The position numbers were made by a program, and so were the translations under genes. Positions 39,866-49,977 of a stretch of DNA of 64,000 nucleotides are shown one piece after another (positions within the stretch are counted from its first letter, which is position 1; each line of letters begins with the position of its first letter). The notes beneath the pieces were generated by a model that worked only from the letters and a program-made list of their open reading frames with translations, was not told the DNA's origin and did not search any database. The DNA comes from Candidatus Heimdallarchaeota archaeon. Its GTDB lineage: Archaea > Asgardarchaeota > Heimdallarchaeia > JABLTI01. The stretch is taken from contig JABCTZ010000036.1 in the NCBI GenBank assembly GCA_018238155.1, positions 288,001 to 352,000 on the forward strand, in the 5' to 3' direction.

Positions 39866-40094
39866 CAGTCCTTCACACCTAATAGTTGCCTTGATAATTG
39901 GGCAATCAATCTTCTTATATTATAACAAGATGGTTTTTTATTTTTAAGGAAGCGTAATATAAACTACTTTTTTATTTTCGTCGAGAAATTTTCGTTTACT
40001 CATTCTGGTATTTTTTTCAAATGCTTTATATACTCTCTCGAATAATCTGTATCTGCGAATTCCATTATAAAATTAGAAATGGACTGGGTGTAAA

Positions 40095-41450
40095 ATGAAA
40101 TCAAAAATACTTACTTTGATATTAGTGGTATGTATTACCACACCAGGGTTCTTTGTTTTAGGAACTGAAGTTAGTAGTTTGCCTATTTTTGCAAATGAAA
40201 CTGAGTTCTTTGATATACAAGATGAACCTTATTTAGTAACGAGTGGAGACAGTCTAAGTACTGAAAAAACTGATTTACCATCAGTCATTCCTTATTGGCA
40301 TGATTTGGTTGATAAAGAAGAAGTACCAATGACTGGGAATGGAGTATATGTAGCAGTTTTAGATACTGGTCTGCTCCCAGACTATGAATTCATTTTTTCT
40401 GAAGCAGATATTGCAACTGAGCTTGGAATTGGTTTTTCCCATGATATCTATTGGGATGATACTATCGGCAATATAGTTATGAGTGATGTTGTTTCTGATC
40501 GTGGATTTTTAACTAACTACGCAAGTGGACATGGTACTCATGTTACAAGTACAATTGTAGGGTATAATTATGCAAATATTGCATGGATAGAAGGCATTGC
40601 TCCTGATGTAACTATTATCCCTGTTCTAGTATTGGATGCTTGGTTGATTGATACACCATTTGGACCTGTTGGTTTTAGTGGTGGAACAATGGAAATGATT
40701 GCTTCTGGAATATACTATATAGCTAATTTAGCTGAAAATTTGGATGGACCTGTTATTATAAATATGAGCCTCGGAGGACCAGGATATATGCCTCTTGTTG
40801 AAGCAGCAATTGATTATGCAATCAGTAAAGGTGTTATTATAGTTGCTTCTGCTGGAAATGAAGGCGAAGCAGGTATGGGTTATCCTGGTGCTTATAGTCA
40901 AGTGATTTCTGTTGCATCGTGTGGTTGGACAGATATGTTTAATCAAGGATGGACTGCTGATGTTCCTGAAAAACTCAATACAAATGATAGTTTAGGAAAT
41001 GACTATCAAGTATACCTTGCAGAATACAGTAGTAGACCAAACAGAACATTGGGACAAAAATATCGTGATCTTGATGTTATGGCTCCTGGTGATTGGATCG
41101 TTGGTCCATATAAATCTGCATGGGCTCCAGTTGAAGATTGGGGATACTATTATCTCTCTGGAACAAGTATGGCTTCTCCACATGTTTCTGCAATGGCTGC
41201 AATAATTATGCAAGTGTTTCCAATGTATGAGCAAAGAGATGTTGAATTTGTTCTAAAATTAGCTGCCAGTGGTGTAGGTAGAAATAGACGTAGAGGCTTC
41301 CCACGAACAGGTGAAGATGTTAAAGTTGCCTATTTTGGTGGTTTTTACTATACTGTTTCATGGGGAAGACATGATTATGGTCGTGGTTTCTTACAAGCAG
41401 ATTCAGCATTGTTTGTAGCTATGCTTTATTACTTCTTCATCTATTGCTAG
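40095..41450 (+). CDS. subtilisin-family (S8) serine protease
   Basis: VAVLDTG, GHGTHV, SAGN, GTSMASPHV; signal peptide. Confidence 0.94.
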   Translation: MKSKILTLILVVCITTPGFFVLGTEVSSLPIFANETEFFDIQDEPYLVTSGDSLSTEKTDLPSVIPYWHDLVDKEEVPMTGNGVYVAVLDTGLLPDYEFIFSEADIATELGIGFSHDIYWDDTIGNIVMSDVVSDRGFLTNYASGHGTHVTSTIVGYNYANIAWIEGIAPDVTIIPVLVLDAWLIDTPFGPVGFSGGTMEMIASGIYYIANLAENLDGPVIINMSLGGPGYMPLVEAAIDYAISKGVIIVASAGNEGEAGMGYPGAYSQVISVASCGWTDMFNQGWTADVPEKLNTNDSLGNDYQVYLAEYSSRPNRTLGQKYRDLDVMAPGDWIVGPYKSAWAPVEDWGYYYLSGTSMASPHVSAMAAIIMQVFPMYEQRDVEFVLKLAASGVGRNRRRGFPRTGEDVKVAYFGGFYYTVSWGRHDYGRGFLQADSALFVAMLYYFFIYC

Positions 41451-41557
41451 ATTAAAAATCAGCTATAAGCTTCATTGCTAGCATAGAAAAAGAGAACTAG
41501 AAGTGAAGCATGTCTTCTTTTTTTTCGTTTAAAAGAGAAATTGAAACTCAACAATAT

Positions 41558-41974
41558 CTATTCTTTTGAAGTAAAATTGTCTTCGATATAAATGATATTT
41601 AGTGTTTTAGCATCTTCTTGTCGTTTGTTTCTCCCTGTTATTCCTATTATCGCAGTATTTCCAATTGGATTTTCGCCTGCTTCATCAGATAACTCTGTAA
41701 GATTAACAATATTAGCTATATCAGGGTGAGTGTAAGTAACCAACCACAATTGTTCATCATCAATATCCGCTACAGAAAAATCACCTAAATCTGTTCCTGG
41801 TACAACTGGACCCCATTTTTTAAGAATTTCTTTTGCTTGAGTTTTAATATCCACATTTGCTTCTTTAACAATAACGCAAGTTCCATGCTCAAAAATCACC
41901 CAGCTTGGTGGGTTATCTTTAATTTGTACTCGCCAAATTTTGACTAAATTTTCTAACTCTTCTTTCTTAGTCAT
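41558..41974 (-). CDS. hypothetical protein
   Basis: Likely start MTKKEE; WVIFEHGTCV, GPVVPGT..GDF core; ORF track extends it to 42094. Confidence 0.7.
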   Translation of the reverse strand: MTKKEELENLVKIWRVQIKDNPPSWVIFEHGTCVIVKEANVDIKTQAKEILKKWGPVVPGTDLGDFSVADIDDEQLWLVTYTHPDIANIVNLTELSDEAGENPIGNTAIIGITGRNKRQEDAKTLNIIYIEDNFTSKE

Positions 41975-42044
41975 TACAAATCTCTCGAATGTATTTCTAA
42001 ATTGAATTGTTATACTTACATGTCCATAAATGTTCATTAAACTG

Positions 42045-42467
42045 CTATTCTGATGGGATATAGACTTCATGAACATGAACCCATTCAACACCATTGATCA
42101 TTTTTTCATTTTTACGAAAGAGTGCCGAACTTAAACGAGCGGTAATTTTTCCATTAACTTCACCCCATTCTTCATAAGTAACTAAACATAGATTCCCTTC
42201 AGTTAATCGGCATTGAATGTTTTTAATCCACAAACGATATTTCTTTTCATCATCTTTTCGAGAACCATATCCGGCTTCAAGTTGTTGTAGTAATTTCCCT
42301 CGAGGTGATAATTCCCCTGTTGGAGCAATGAGTACAAATTGTTTGTCTAAAACATTCTCTAGTCGCGAAAAAACTTCACCATTGTTTTCGATTTCTGATC
42401 TAAACCACTGAGCAAAAAACTCATGCAGATCAATTACTTCTTTTTCACATTTTTTTTCCATTGTCAT
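42045..42467 (-). CDS. NTF2/SnoaL-like (DUF4440-type) protein
   Basis: LHEFFAQWF, F.LIAPTG, VTYEE, RLSSA, W.HVHE. Confidence 0.8.
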   Translation of the reverse strand: MTMEKKCEKEVIDLHEFFAQWFRSEIENNGEVFSRLENVLDKQFVLIAPTGELSPRGKLLQQLEAGYGSRKDDEKKYRLWIKNIQCRLTEGNLCLVTYEEWGEVNGKITARLSSALFRKNEKMINGVEWVHVHEVYIPSE

Positions 42468-42660
42468 TTATCTCCTATTGTATTCTCTAAAGAAAAAATA
42501 ATTCGTAACTCTTAAGTAATTATTGTTATCAATATTTATGTTTAGTTTCTATTTCAATTTTGAGTCTATTTGTTTGAACATGAATAATATTGCAATTTGA
42601 TATTTGGCTTTTACTATAAAATGAATTTTTTTATTTTTTTTAAATTAATATTATAATCAT

Positions 42661-43026
42661 CTAATCAACAAATGTGATATTTCTTTCTAGAAATTGCAAC
42701 AATCTTGAAGCTAACTCGTTTTTTTCTATTTTGGATATATTTTGAACTGATAATGCAAGACCGATATCTTCGATTGGAAATTTAATTCTTCCTAAATCAT
42801 ACAGTATCCAAAGAATAGTAATGTGATTTTGTAGCTCATTCATTTCAAAAGACCCTTCAGTAAGCATCTTTTTCAGTTTATCAATTGCTTCTTCAGGACA
42901 ACAATTTACGCGCTCAAGACAATCCTCTATAGATAAGCATGTACCTGACCGAGTGTTGGCTTTATTGACTAGTCCTTTAAATTCTTCTAAATCTATTTCA
43001 TTAGTTTTAACGTTCATATCAATCAC
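42661..43026 (-). CDS. hypothetical protein
   Basis: 121-aa ORF with a Cys cluster; no family recognised. Confidence 0.55.
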   Translation of the reverse strand: MIDMNVKTNEIDLEEFKGLVNKANTRSGTCLSIEDCLERVNCCPEEAIDKLKKMLTEGSFEMNELQNHITILWILYDLGRIKFPIEDIGLALSVQNISKIEKNELASRLLQFLERNITFVD

Positions 43027-43242
43027 GAAAATGGATGAAATTTGATTTAATAGCTAAAATTATTCATGTTGTGGGAATTTAAAAGGTAATTGATAAAGGA
43101 AAATATTGATAAAAAATAATCCTGAAATTATGAAGATTGCCAAAAAAATTTGCCAAATCTATGTATTTTAATGTATTATTATGTAAAGTATAAATAGGGG
43201 GACTGAAATAAAACATCTAAGAATGAGAAATGGTGTACTTAA

Positions 43243-44214
43243 TTGAAAAAAGTGTCTATTACTGAAGAAGTTAGAAACTTAAAATCAAGTGACGTAGGTC
43301 TTCGAAAAAAAGCTGCTTGGTCTTTAGGAGATATTGGAGATAGAAGAGTTGTAGGACCTCTTGTAACTGCTCTAACAAAAGATCGCGATAGATTTGTTAG
43401 GAAAAATGCTGCAAAAGCGTTAGCAAAGATAGGAGACCCAAGAGCAAATAAAGCATTAAAATTTGTGAAACAGAAGGACAAGGATCCGAAAGTAAGAGAA
43501 GAAGCTGCTTATGCACTGTCAAGAATCAAAGAGTTAAATTCAAAAGCAAAAAAATCACAAGTAAAAGTTTCTCGAACAGTAGAAAAATTGCGTACAAAAA
43601 AACCTCCGTCAAAAAAGGAAATTTCACAAGTACACACAAAAAAACCGACCGTTAAAAAAAGAAAGAAAACTACAACAAGAACACCGGTAAAAAAGATTAC
43701 TAAACGACCTACTAGAGCAAGTTCAAAATCAAAAAGAACTTCATCGGTTAGAAGGAGCTCATCCAGTTCCTCAGTAAAGAGGAAACCATCTTCTAAAAAC
43801 AAAGTGAGAATAAAATCAAAATCAAGTCCGACTTCAAGAACAACAGTTAGAAGAACTGTATCAAGTAGTCAATCATCACGACCATCAACTTCAGTGAAAA
43901 GAACTTCTACTAAGCAATCTTCTACTAGAAGAGTAAGCAGTTCTGATAGACCAGTAATAAAAAGGAGTAGTAGTAGTTCATCAAAACCTGTTAAAAGAAC
44001 CTCGGGAAGTTCATCAAAACCTATCAGACGAACTTCAAGTAGCTCATCAAAAACAGTAGTTAGAACATCTAGTAGCAAACTTAAACCAAGACTTGTTAAG
44101 AAAGGAGTAAAAAAAGTCTCGACTTCTGCAAAGAAATCCTCTTCAACAAAAAAGAGAAGTAGTGATAAATCTCCTCGATCTGTTTCTTCAAAGAAGAAAA
44201 GAAGAAGAAGGTAA
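43243..44214 (+). CDS. HEAT/PBS-lyase repeat protein with a long K/R/S-rich tail
   Basis: Three HEAT-like repeats (LRKKAAWSLGDIG, VRKNAAKALAKIG, VREEAAYAL), then about 225 aa of basic low complexity. Confidence 0.85.
   Translation: MKKVSITEEVRNLKSSDVGLRKKAAWSLGDIGDRRVVGPLVTALTKDRDRFVRKNAAKALAKIGDPRANKALKFVKQKDKDPKVREEAAYALSRIKELNSKAKKSQVKVSRTVEKLRTKKPPSKKEISQVHTKKPTVKKRKKTTTRTPVKKITKRPTRASSKSKRTSSVRRSSSSSSVKRKPSSKNKVRIKSKSSPTSRTTVRRTVSSSQSSRPSTSVKRTSTKQSSTRRVSSSDRPVIKRSSSSSSKPVKRTSGSSSKPIRRTSSSSSKTVVRTSSSKLKPRLVKKGVKKVSTSAKKSSSTKKRSSDKSPRSVSSKKKRRRR
43975..44076 (+). repeat. 33-bp imperfect coding tandem repeat (about 3 copies)
   Basis: AGTTCATCAAAA at 43975 and 44008, AGCTCATCAAAA at 44041; encodes SSSK[PT][VI][KRV]RTS[GS]. 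Confidence 0.75.
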
Positions 44215-44255
44215 GTTTGATTTTAAAAAAGAAAAATAAGCATTTTTGAATATGC

Positions 44256-46652
44256 TTATTCTATTATTGCCGCTGCTAACTGTAATTTTCTAAGCAAATT
44301 TACACTGGGTAAGGTCGAAAGAAATACGCTACCTAGAGCAAATCCAATAATCATTAGATAATCACCCCAGAAATGAACAGAATCCAGCTCGAAAAATAGT
44401 TTACTGATGAAATGCTGGATCAATCGACCTAAGCCTTCTCCACCAAGTGCAATTCCAATAAATACTGCGAAAATGATTAAAGTACCTATCTCTAAGAAAA
44501 TCTGGGCGAAAATTTGCTGCTTTCGAAATCCGAAAGTTCTTTGTAAGGCTATCTCTCGTGTTCGTTCAATTATTGAAATAAAAGCTGTCACAAAGATAAT
44601 CAGAAATGAAATTACCATCGCCAAAACAATTGTCACTTGTACTATGAATAGCTGAGTATTTACCATATGAACCATTCGAGCTTCATAAGTGTCTTTCATG
44701 ATTGCATATCGAATTTGAGTATTTTCATTTAAGTCTAAGAGTATTGAATCAATGGATGTTTTATCTAATGTGTCTATGTTATTTAATTTAATAAAGGCTC
44801 TATTAATTGCAGAAAATCCTAGTGTTTTCTCAATAGCAGGGATTAACATAAAGCATGAGTTAGGTATATCTAAATCTCGAGCAATGCCTACAATTTCAAT
44901 TTGAAATTCAACACCCAATAAGGAGAAGTTAAAGAAATCTCCAACAACTAAACCTAGAGGTTTTGCAGAATAACTCGAGATTATCCCTTCTTGAGCCGAT
45001 TCATTCGAAAACAATTTACCATCTTTAAGATTGATATTATATAAAGTTGAATTTGGCTGTAATCCTCTAAGATCCAGACTATATTCAGGCATGTCTGGCA
45101 TCTGTGTGTTTCCACTCAAATAGGGTTCATAACTTTTAATGAAATCATACTCATCAAGAATGTTTTGAATCTCAGTTTCTGTTTTATTGGAATCAAAACG
45201 AGTTTGTACATCCCAATGAACTTGATCATCAAAGTAATTATCAAATGTTGTGTTTATTGAAGTTTGGGTTTGAATTAAAGCAAAGGAAATTGCTATAGCA
45301 CTTATAAATGCACTAGTAATTAAAATACCCTTTAGACGATTTCGTGAAATATTTCGTAAAGGATATTTGAATGAAATTGGTAATAATGATGATTTCGGTT
45401 TTTTTGCATCAACCGAATTTGGTGCTTTCTTCATTCTTTTCTTTTTCTTTACTTTATATTCTGCTTTTCCTCGTATAGCTTCATATGGTGTCATTTTTAC
45501 ATTGCTTCGACAAGCAAAGAATGTAAAGAGTTGTGAAGAGAGAATGACGAGAGCAGGAACTACAATTAAGCCTATGATTGAGAACCGAGTCAATATCGTA
45601 GGTATCCCCCATCGGGAGACCAAGATATGAACCAAAATTTGTAAAAATCCATAAGAACCAAGGATTCCGAGAATAGTAGATAATATTGAGATAATTAGCG
45701 TTCTGAGCATGAATACGCGTAAAATAGTTTTAGCTTGATATCCAAAAGCATACAACATACCAGTCTGTTTTCTCTGTTCGGTTGCATATCGCTTAGTAAT
45801 CAAATAGATAACAATACCTGCACCCAAAATTATTGCACATGCCATAACAAAAAGTATCTGGGAGGTAAGATTAAGTACATCTTGGAAAAGAGAGCTAACA
45901 CTGAATTCTCGAATATACCATTCATAGAGAATTTGCGCTTCAATTGGATTGACTTCTTCACGCAAATCATCAGCAAAAGTTGTTACAAACTCAAGGTTGG
46001 GGTCACTTGGGAAATAAAAAGCTACACTGTTAAATTGAATTTCTGCCCAATCGTTAAATTCTTGGAAGGTTTTATAGTTAAGATAAATCGCTCCCTTTAA
46101 GGATAAATCATAACTTAAAAATTCAATTGATTTAACTAACCCAACTATTTCTACTTCTTTCACCCCAGTAAATGTATAAAGAGTGATCATATCTCCGATT
46201 CCAACGTCTAATTCCTTGGCAAAGGATTCCAAAATAAAAGCGGTATCATCTTCTAAAACTGAAAATTCTCTATCCAAACTGATTTGATTGACCTTCGGGG
46301 GAGCTGTAGTATTAATTCCAATAATACTCGTAAAGTACCATTTATTTGCATGATATAGTTGAAAACTACAAGAGGGTCGAACATCATATGAAATATCACT
46401 ATAATTTGTATTTGCATCGATTAAACTTTCAACACTGTTGTGAATTTCATTAACATTCCCTTGAAAGCCCATCTCCAAGTAAGATAATTTATATGATTCA
46501 TTACTTTCGAGAATAGAAGCATTTATGCTAGGATCAATTGAGAACATAGCTAGCGGAACTGAAACAATAACAAAGAAAACGAGAAATAATAAGAACGTGC
46601 GCCTCTTTTGAAAACGAAATTCTCGAAAAATGGTTTTATATATTTGTCGCAT
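44256..46652 (-). CDS. FtsX-like ABC permease
   Basis: QRKQTGMLYAFGY and ERTREIALQRTFGF; start MRQIYK overlaps the ATPase stop. Confidence 0.88.
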   Translation of the reverse strand: MRQIYKTIFREFRFQKRRTFLLFLVFFVIVSVPLAMFSIDPSINASILESNESYKLSYLEMGFQGNVNEIHNSVESLIDANTNYSDISYDVRPSCSFQLYHANKWYFTSIIGINTTAPPKVNQISLDREFSVLEDDTAFILESFAKELDVGIGDMITLYTFTGVKEVEIVGLVKSIEFLSYDLSLKGAIYLNYKTFQEFNDWAEIQFNSVAFYFPSDPNLEFVTTFADDLREEVNPIEAQILYEWYIREFSVSSLFQDVLNLTSQILFVMACAIILGAGIVIYLITKRYATEQRKQTGMLYAFGYQAKTILRVFMLRTLIISILSTILGILGSYGFLQILVHILVSRWGIPTILTRFSIIGLIVVPALVILSSQLFTFFACRSNVKMTPYEAIRGKAEYKVKKKKRMKKAPNSVDAKKPKSSLLPISFKYPLRNISRNRLKGILITSAFISAIAISFALIQTQTSINTTFDNYFDDQVHWDVQTRFDSNKTETEIQNILDEYDFIKSYEPYLSGNTQMPDMPEYSLDLRGLQPNSTLYNINLKDGKLFSNESAQEGIISSYSAKPLGLVVGDFFNFSLLGVEFQIEIVGIARDLDIPNSCFMLIPAIEKTLGFSAINRAFIKLNNIDTLDKTSIDSILLDLNENTQIRYAIMKDTYEARMVHMVNTQLFIVQVTIVLAMVISFLIIFVTAFISIIERTREIALQRTFGFRKQQIFAQIFLEIGTLIIFAVFIGIALGGEGLGRLIQHFISKLFFELDSVHFWGDYLMIIGFALGSVFLSTLPSVNLLRKLQLAAAIIE

Positions 46653-47394
46653 TTGATATTCTCCTGTCATCTGTTTGAGTGGGTAAAATTTTTGATTCAT
46701 CGGATAGAATTTGTCCGGAACGTAAAGTAATAACGCGATCAGCATAACATTCTAGTTCATGATCATGAGTAACCAATAGAACGGTTTTATTTTTCTCTTT
46801 GGCAATTTTTCGAATTAAATTAACGATATTATCACCTGTCGTCTGATCTAACTGACCTGTGGGTTCATCAATCAACAAGATATCCGGACTTTTGGCTAAG
46901 GCACGTGCAATAGCAACACGTTGACGCTCACCACCAGATAATTGAAAGGGAAAATTATCCATCCTGTTTTCCAACCCAACCAAAATAAGCTGTTCTTCAG
47001 CGAGTTTGCTAATATCTTTCCGTTTGCGAAGCGTTAATTCTAATACGAGTTCAACATTTTCCCTGGCTGTTAGTGTTGGAATTAGTGAATAAAACTGAAA
47101 TACGAATGCTAATCTTTTTTTGCGATAGAGAGTTAACTCTTTATCTGAATATTTAGCAATATCTTCTCCAAGAATTTCTATAGCTCCTCCCGTGGGATGA
47201 TCGATTCCACCTATAAGATTGATTAAAGTTGTTTTTCCCGAGCCTGATGGCCCCATAATAAAAACTATTTCTCCTGAATTAACTGTAAAGGAAACATTAT
47301 CCAAAGCACTAATAGATACACTGCCTAACTTGTAACACTTTGATAAATTTGTTATTTTAATGACTGAATTTAATTCTGTATTTTGATTAATCAT
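46636..47394 (-). CDS. LolD-type ABC ATPase
   Basis: GPSGSGKTT, LSGGERQRVAIARAL, DEPTG, VTHD. Confidence 0.95.
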   Translation of the reverse strand: MINQNTELNSVIKITNLSKCYKLGSVSISALDNVSFTVNSGEIVFIMGPSGSGKTTLINLIGGIDHPTGGAIEILGEDIAKYSDKELTLYRKKRLAFVFQFYSLIPTLTARENVELVLELTLRKRKDISKLAEEQLILVGLENRMDNFPFQLSGGERQRVAIARALAKSPDILLIDEPTGQLDQTTGDNIVNLIRKIAKEKNKTVLLVTHDHELECYADRVITLRSGQILSDESKILPTQTDDRRISNATNI

Positions 47395-47581
47395 TTGTAT
47401 AGAAACTTTGGTTTTTATTTAAATTGAATCATTACTGCAATATTTATTGATTAATAGCTTAAAGATAGGTTTTTATCCCTTTTAAGCTAAAAAAATAAAA
47501 AATCAAATCGCCTATCACTGTTGATTATGCATTTTTAGTTAAGGAAAGAATTATTAGTTTTTAACCAATTGATAATGAGTT

Positions 47582-49225
47582 ATGGTAAATCAATCTAAAT
47601 GGTGGCAAAAAGCCGTTTTTTATCAGATCTATCCGCGTTCATTTAGTGATAGCACAAATAATGGTATCGGAGATCTTCAAGGGATAATAAATAAACTTGA
47701 TTATTTAGAAGCATTGGGCATTGACGGTATTTGGTTTTCACCATTTTTCCCATCACCTCAAGAAGATTACGGATATGATATATCTGATTTTGGTTCAATT
47801 AATCCTGAATATGGAACAATGAAGGATTTTGATGATTTATTAAAAAAATCACATAAAAAAGGTATCAAGATTATTTTAGACCTTTTACTAAATCATACTT
47901 CAACTCAACACCCATGGTTTCTTGAATCGAAAAAAGATCGAATAAATGAGAAAAGGGATTGGTATGTTTGGAGAGATGGTCGAGGAAAAAATGGTAAAAA
48001 AGAACCTAATAATTGGAATTCAATGGTTGGTGGTTCCGCATGGGAGTGGAGTGAAGAAAGAAAACAGTTTTATCTTCATCAATTCTTAACTTTTCAACCT
48101 GACCTCAATTGGAGAAATCCTGATGTTCAGATTGCCATGTTCAATCATATTCGATTTTGGCTTGAGAAAGGAGTAGATGGATTTAGACTTGATATAATCC
48201 AAACACTTTTTGAAGATAAGTATTTCAAAAATAATCCACCAAGCTGGCGATTTTTTCCATCTCATAATTCGAATGAAACAATGTTTCAGAAACCAAAATA
48301 CACTCAGTTTCTTCCTGAAACTATTGAATTATGCCAAAAACTAAGAGAGCTTGTAAATTCATATTCTCCGGAGCGAATGCTAGTTGGTGAAGCACAAGGT
48401 AATCTTCAGATGATAAAACCACTTTATGGAAAGAACAATGATGGATTACATCTCTCCTTCAATTTTAAATTCGGAGGACAATCATTTTCAGCTAGTAAAT
48501 TTAGAAGAGTATTAGAGGAAACGGAATTATTACTTGAAGAACCGTATTGGCCTTGTTATGTTTTTTCAAATCATGATACTGAACGTTTAATTTCACGTCA
48601 AAAGGATGATAAAGAGAAAGCAAAATTATTAGCTGTTTTACTTCTTACTATACGAGGAACACCCTTCATTTATTATGGTGAAGAAATTGGTATGTTGCAA
48701 ACTAAAGTACCTAAAGATAAGCAATTGGATCCCATTTCAAAGATTAAAATTTGGGGAATCCCCCTTGGTTTTCTTTATGGACGTGATGGTTGTAGAACAC
48801 CAATGCAATGGGATGATTCACCAATAAATGCTGGCTTTTCAAACGATCCAAAAATCGTCCCATGGTTGCCTATTGGACAGAATGAGAATAAGAATGTTAG
48901 AAATGAACTTCGTGATGAGAAATCAATGTTAACATTCTTCAAGAAATTGTTAAAAGTTAGAAAGCAAAATGAATCATTACAAATTGGGCAGTTATCTATT
49001 TCAAGAGATAGTAATTCAAATCTATTGATCTATGAACGATCTTTTCAAAAACAACAATTAACTATATTCTTGAATTTTAGCCGGAAAAAACAAAACATTG
49101 TAACACCAAATAAGAAATCTAAACAAATATTCTCAACAAAATTATTTGAAGAACAGAAAGAAATATCTGGAAAAATAACTCTCCAGCCTTATGAAGGTCT
49201 TATTATAGAAAGTATGAAGAAATAA
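47582..49225 (+). CDS. GH13 alpha-glucosidase/oligo-1,6-glucosidase
   Basis: YQIYPRSF, NHTS, QPDLNW, DGFRLD, GEA, NHD, RDGCRTPMQW. Confidence 0.95.
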   Translation: MVNQSKWWQKAVFYQIYPRSFSDSTNNGIGDLQGIINKLDYLEALGIDGIWFSPFFPSPQEDYGYDISDFGSINPEYGTMKDFDDLLKKSHKKGIKIILDLLLNHTSTQHPWFLESKKDRINEKRDWYVWRDGRGKNGKKEPNNWNSMVGGSAWEWSEERKQFYLHQFLTFQPDLNWRNPDVQIAMFNHIRFWLEKGVDGFRLDIIQTLFEDKYFKNNPPSWRFFPSHNSNETMFQKPKYTQFLPETIELCQKLRELVNSYSPERMLVGEAQGNLQMIKPLYGKNNDGLHLSFNFKFGGQSFSASKFRRVLEETELLLEEPYWPCYVFSNHDTERLISRQKDDKEKAKLLAVLLLTIRGTPFIYYGEEIGMLQTKVPKDKQLDPISKIKIWGIPLGFLYGRDGCRTPMQWDDSPINAGFSNDPKIVPWLPIGQNENKNVRNELRDEKSMLTFFKKLLKVRKQNESLQIGQLSISRDSNSNLLIYERSFQKQQLTIFLNFSRKKQNIVTPNKKSKQIFSTKLFEEQKEISGKITLQPYEGLIIESMKK

Positions 49226-49310
49226 GCATGGAAAATTAAGTGGATATCTTTCACATATACTATTTTGAATATGTGAATTAGTTTTCAATCGACGTAATGG
49301 TGAGTAGCAA

Positions 49311-49937
49311 ATGACCTCTGATGAAAAATCGAAGAAAGCATCATTATTAAATGAAAAGAGTTTGAAATCTTTGACTAATGGCAAAATAGATGAAGCAATA
49401 GCTTTCTTAGAAGAAGCAACTAAGTTAGATCCCACATTGGATCTTGCTTATGGAAATTTGGGAATTTGTTTTGCACAAAGAAGAGAATATGAAAAGGCAT
49501 TGACTTCTTACAAAAAAGCATTAACTATTGATTCAACTCGAATCGCTTATCATACAGGTATCGCAGCGATTTATCTTGATACAAAACAATATGATGATGC
49601 TCAAAAACATCTGGAAATAGCAAAAAAGATTAATCCAAAAAATCTAGCTTATTTACTAAACTACGGTTTATGGTTATTTGTAACAAATAGATATCAGGAA
49701 ACGATAAACTTTCATGAAGAATTTCTCAATTCGGGATTATTACCTGAAACCGATTTACGTAATAATGCTATTGCAAATTATCGACTGGCTTTTTCATATA
49801 TTGAAGTAAACAATGTTGGACGTGGGCTTGACATTGTTGAAGAATGTTTAAACTCTCCTTATATTGCGAATGATTTTCAATTATCTTTTGTTTTTCGACA
49901 AGTGAAAAATAAAGCCAAATATAAAATAGGGGGATAA
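49311..49937 (+). CDS. TPR protein
   Basis: Consecutive TPR consensus (AYGNLG..F......EKA...YKKAL.ID). Confidence 0.9.
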   Translation: MTSDEKSKKASLLNEKSLKSLTNGKIDEAIAFLEEATKLDPTLDLAYGNLGICFAQRREYEKALTSYKKALTIDSTRIAYHTGIAAIYLDTKQYDDAQKHLEIAKKINPKNLAYLLNYGLWLFVTNRYQETINFHEEFLNSGLLPETDLRNNAIANYRLAFSYIEVNNVGRGLDIVEECLNSPYIANDFQLSFVFRQVKNKAKYKIGG

Positions 49938-49977
49938 AAGTACTAAGTTTTATATCAAAGGAACAATATCTATTATT

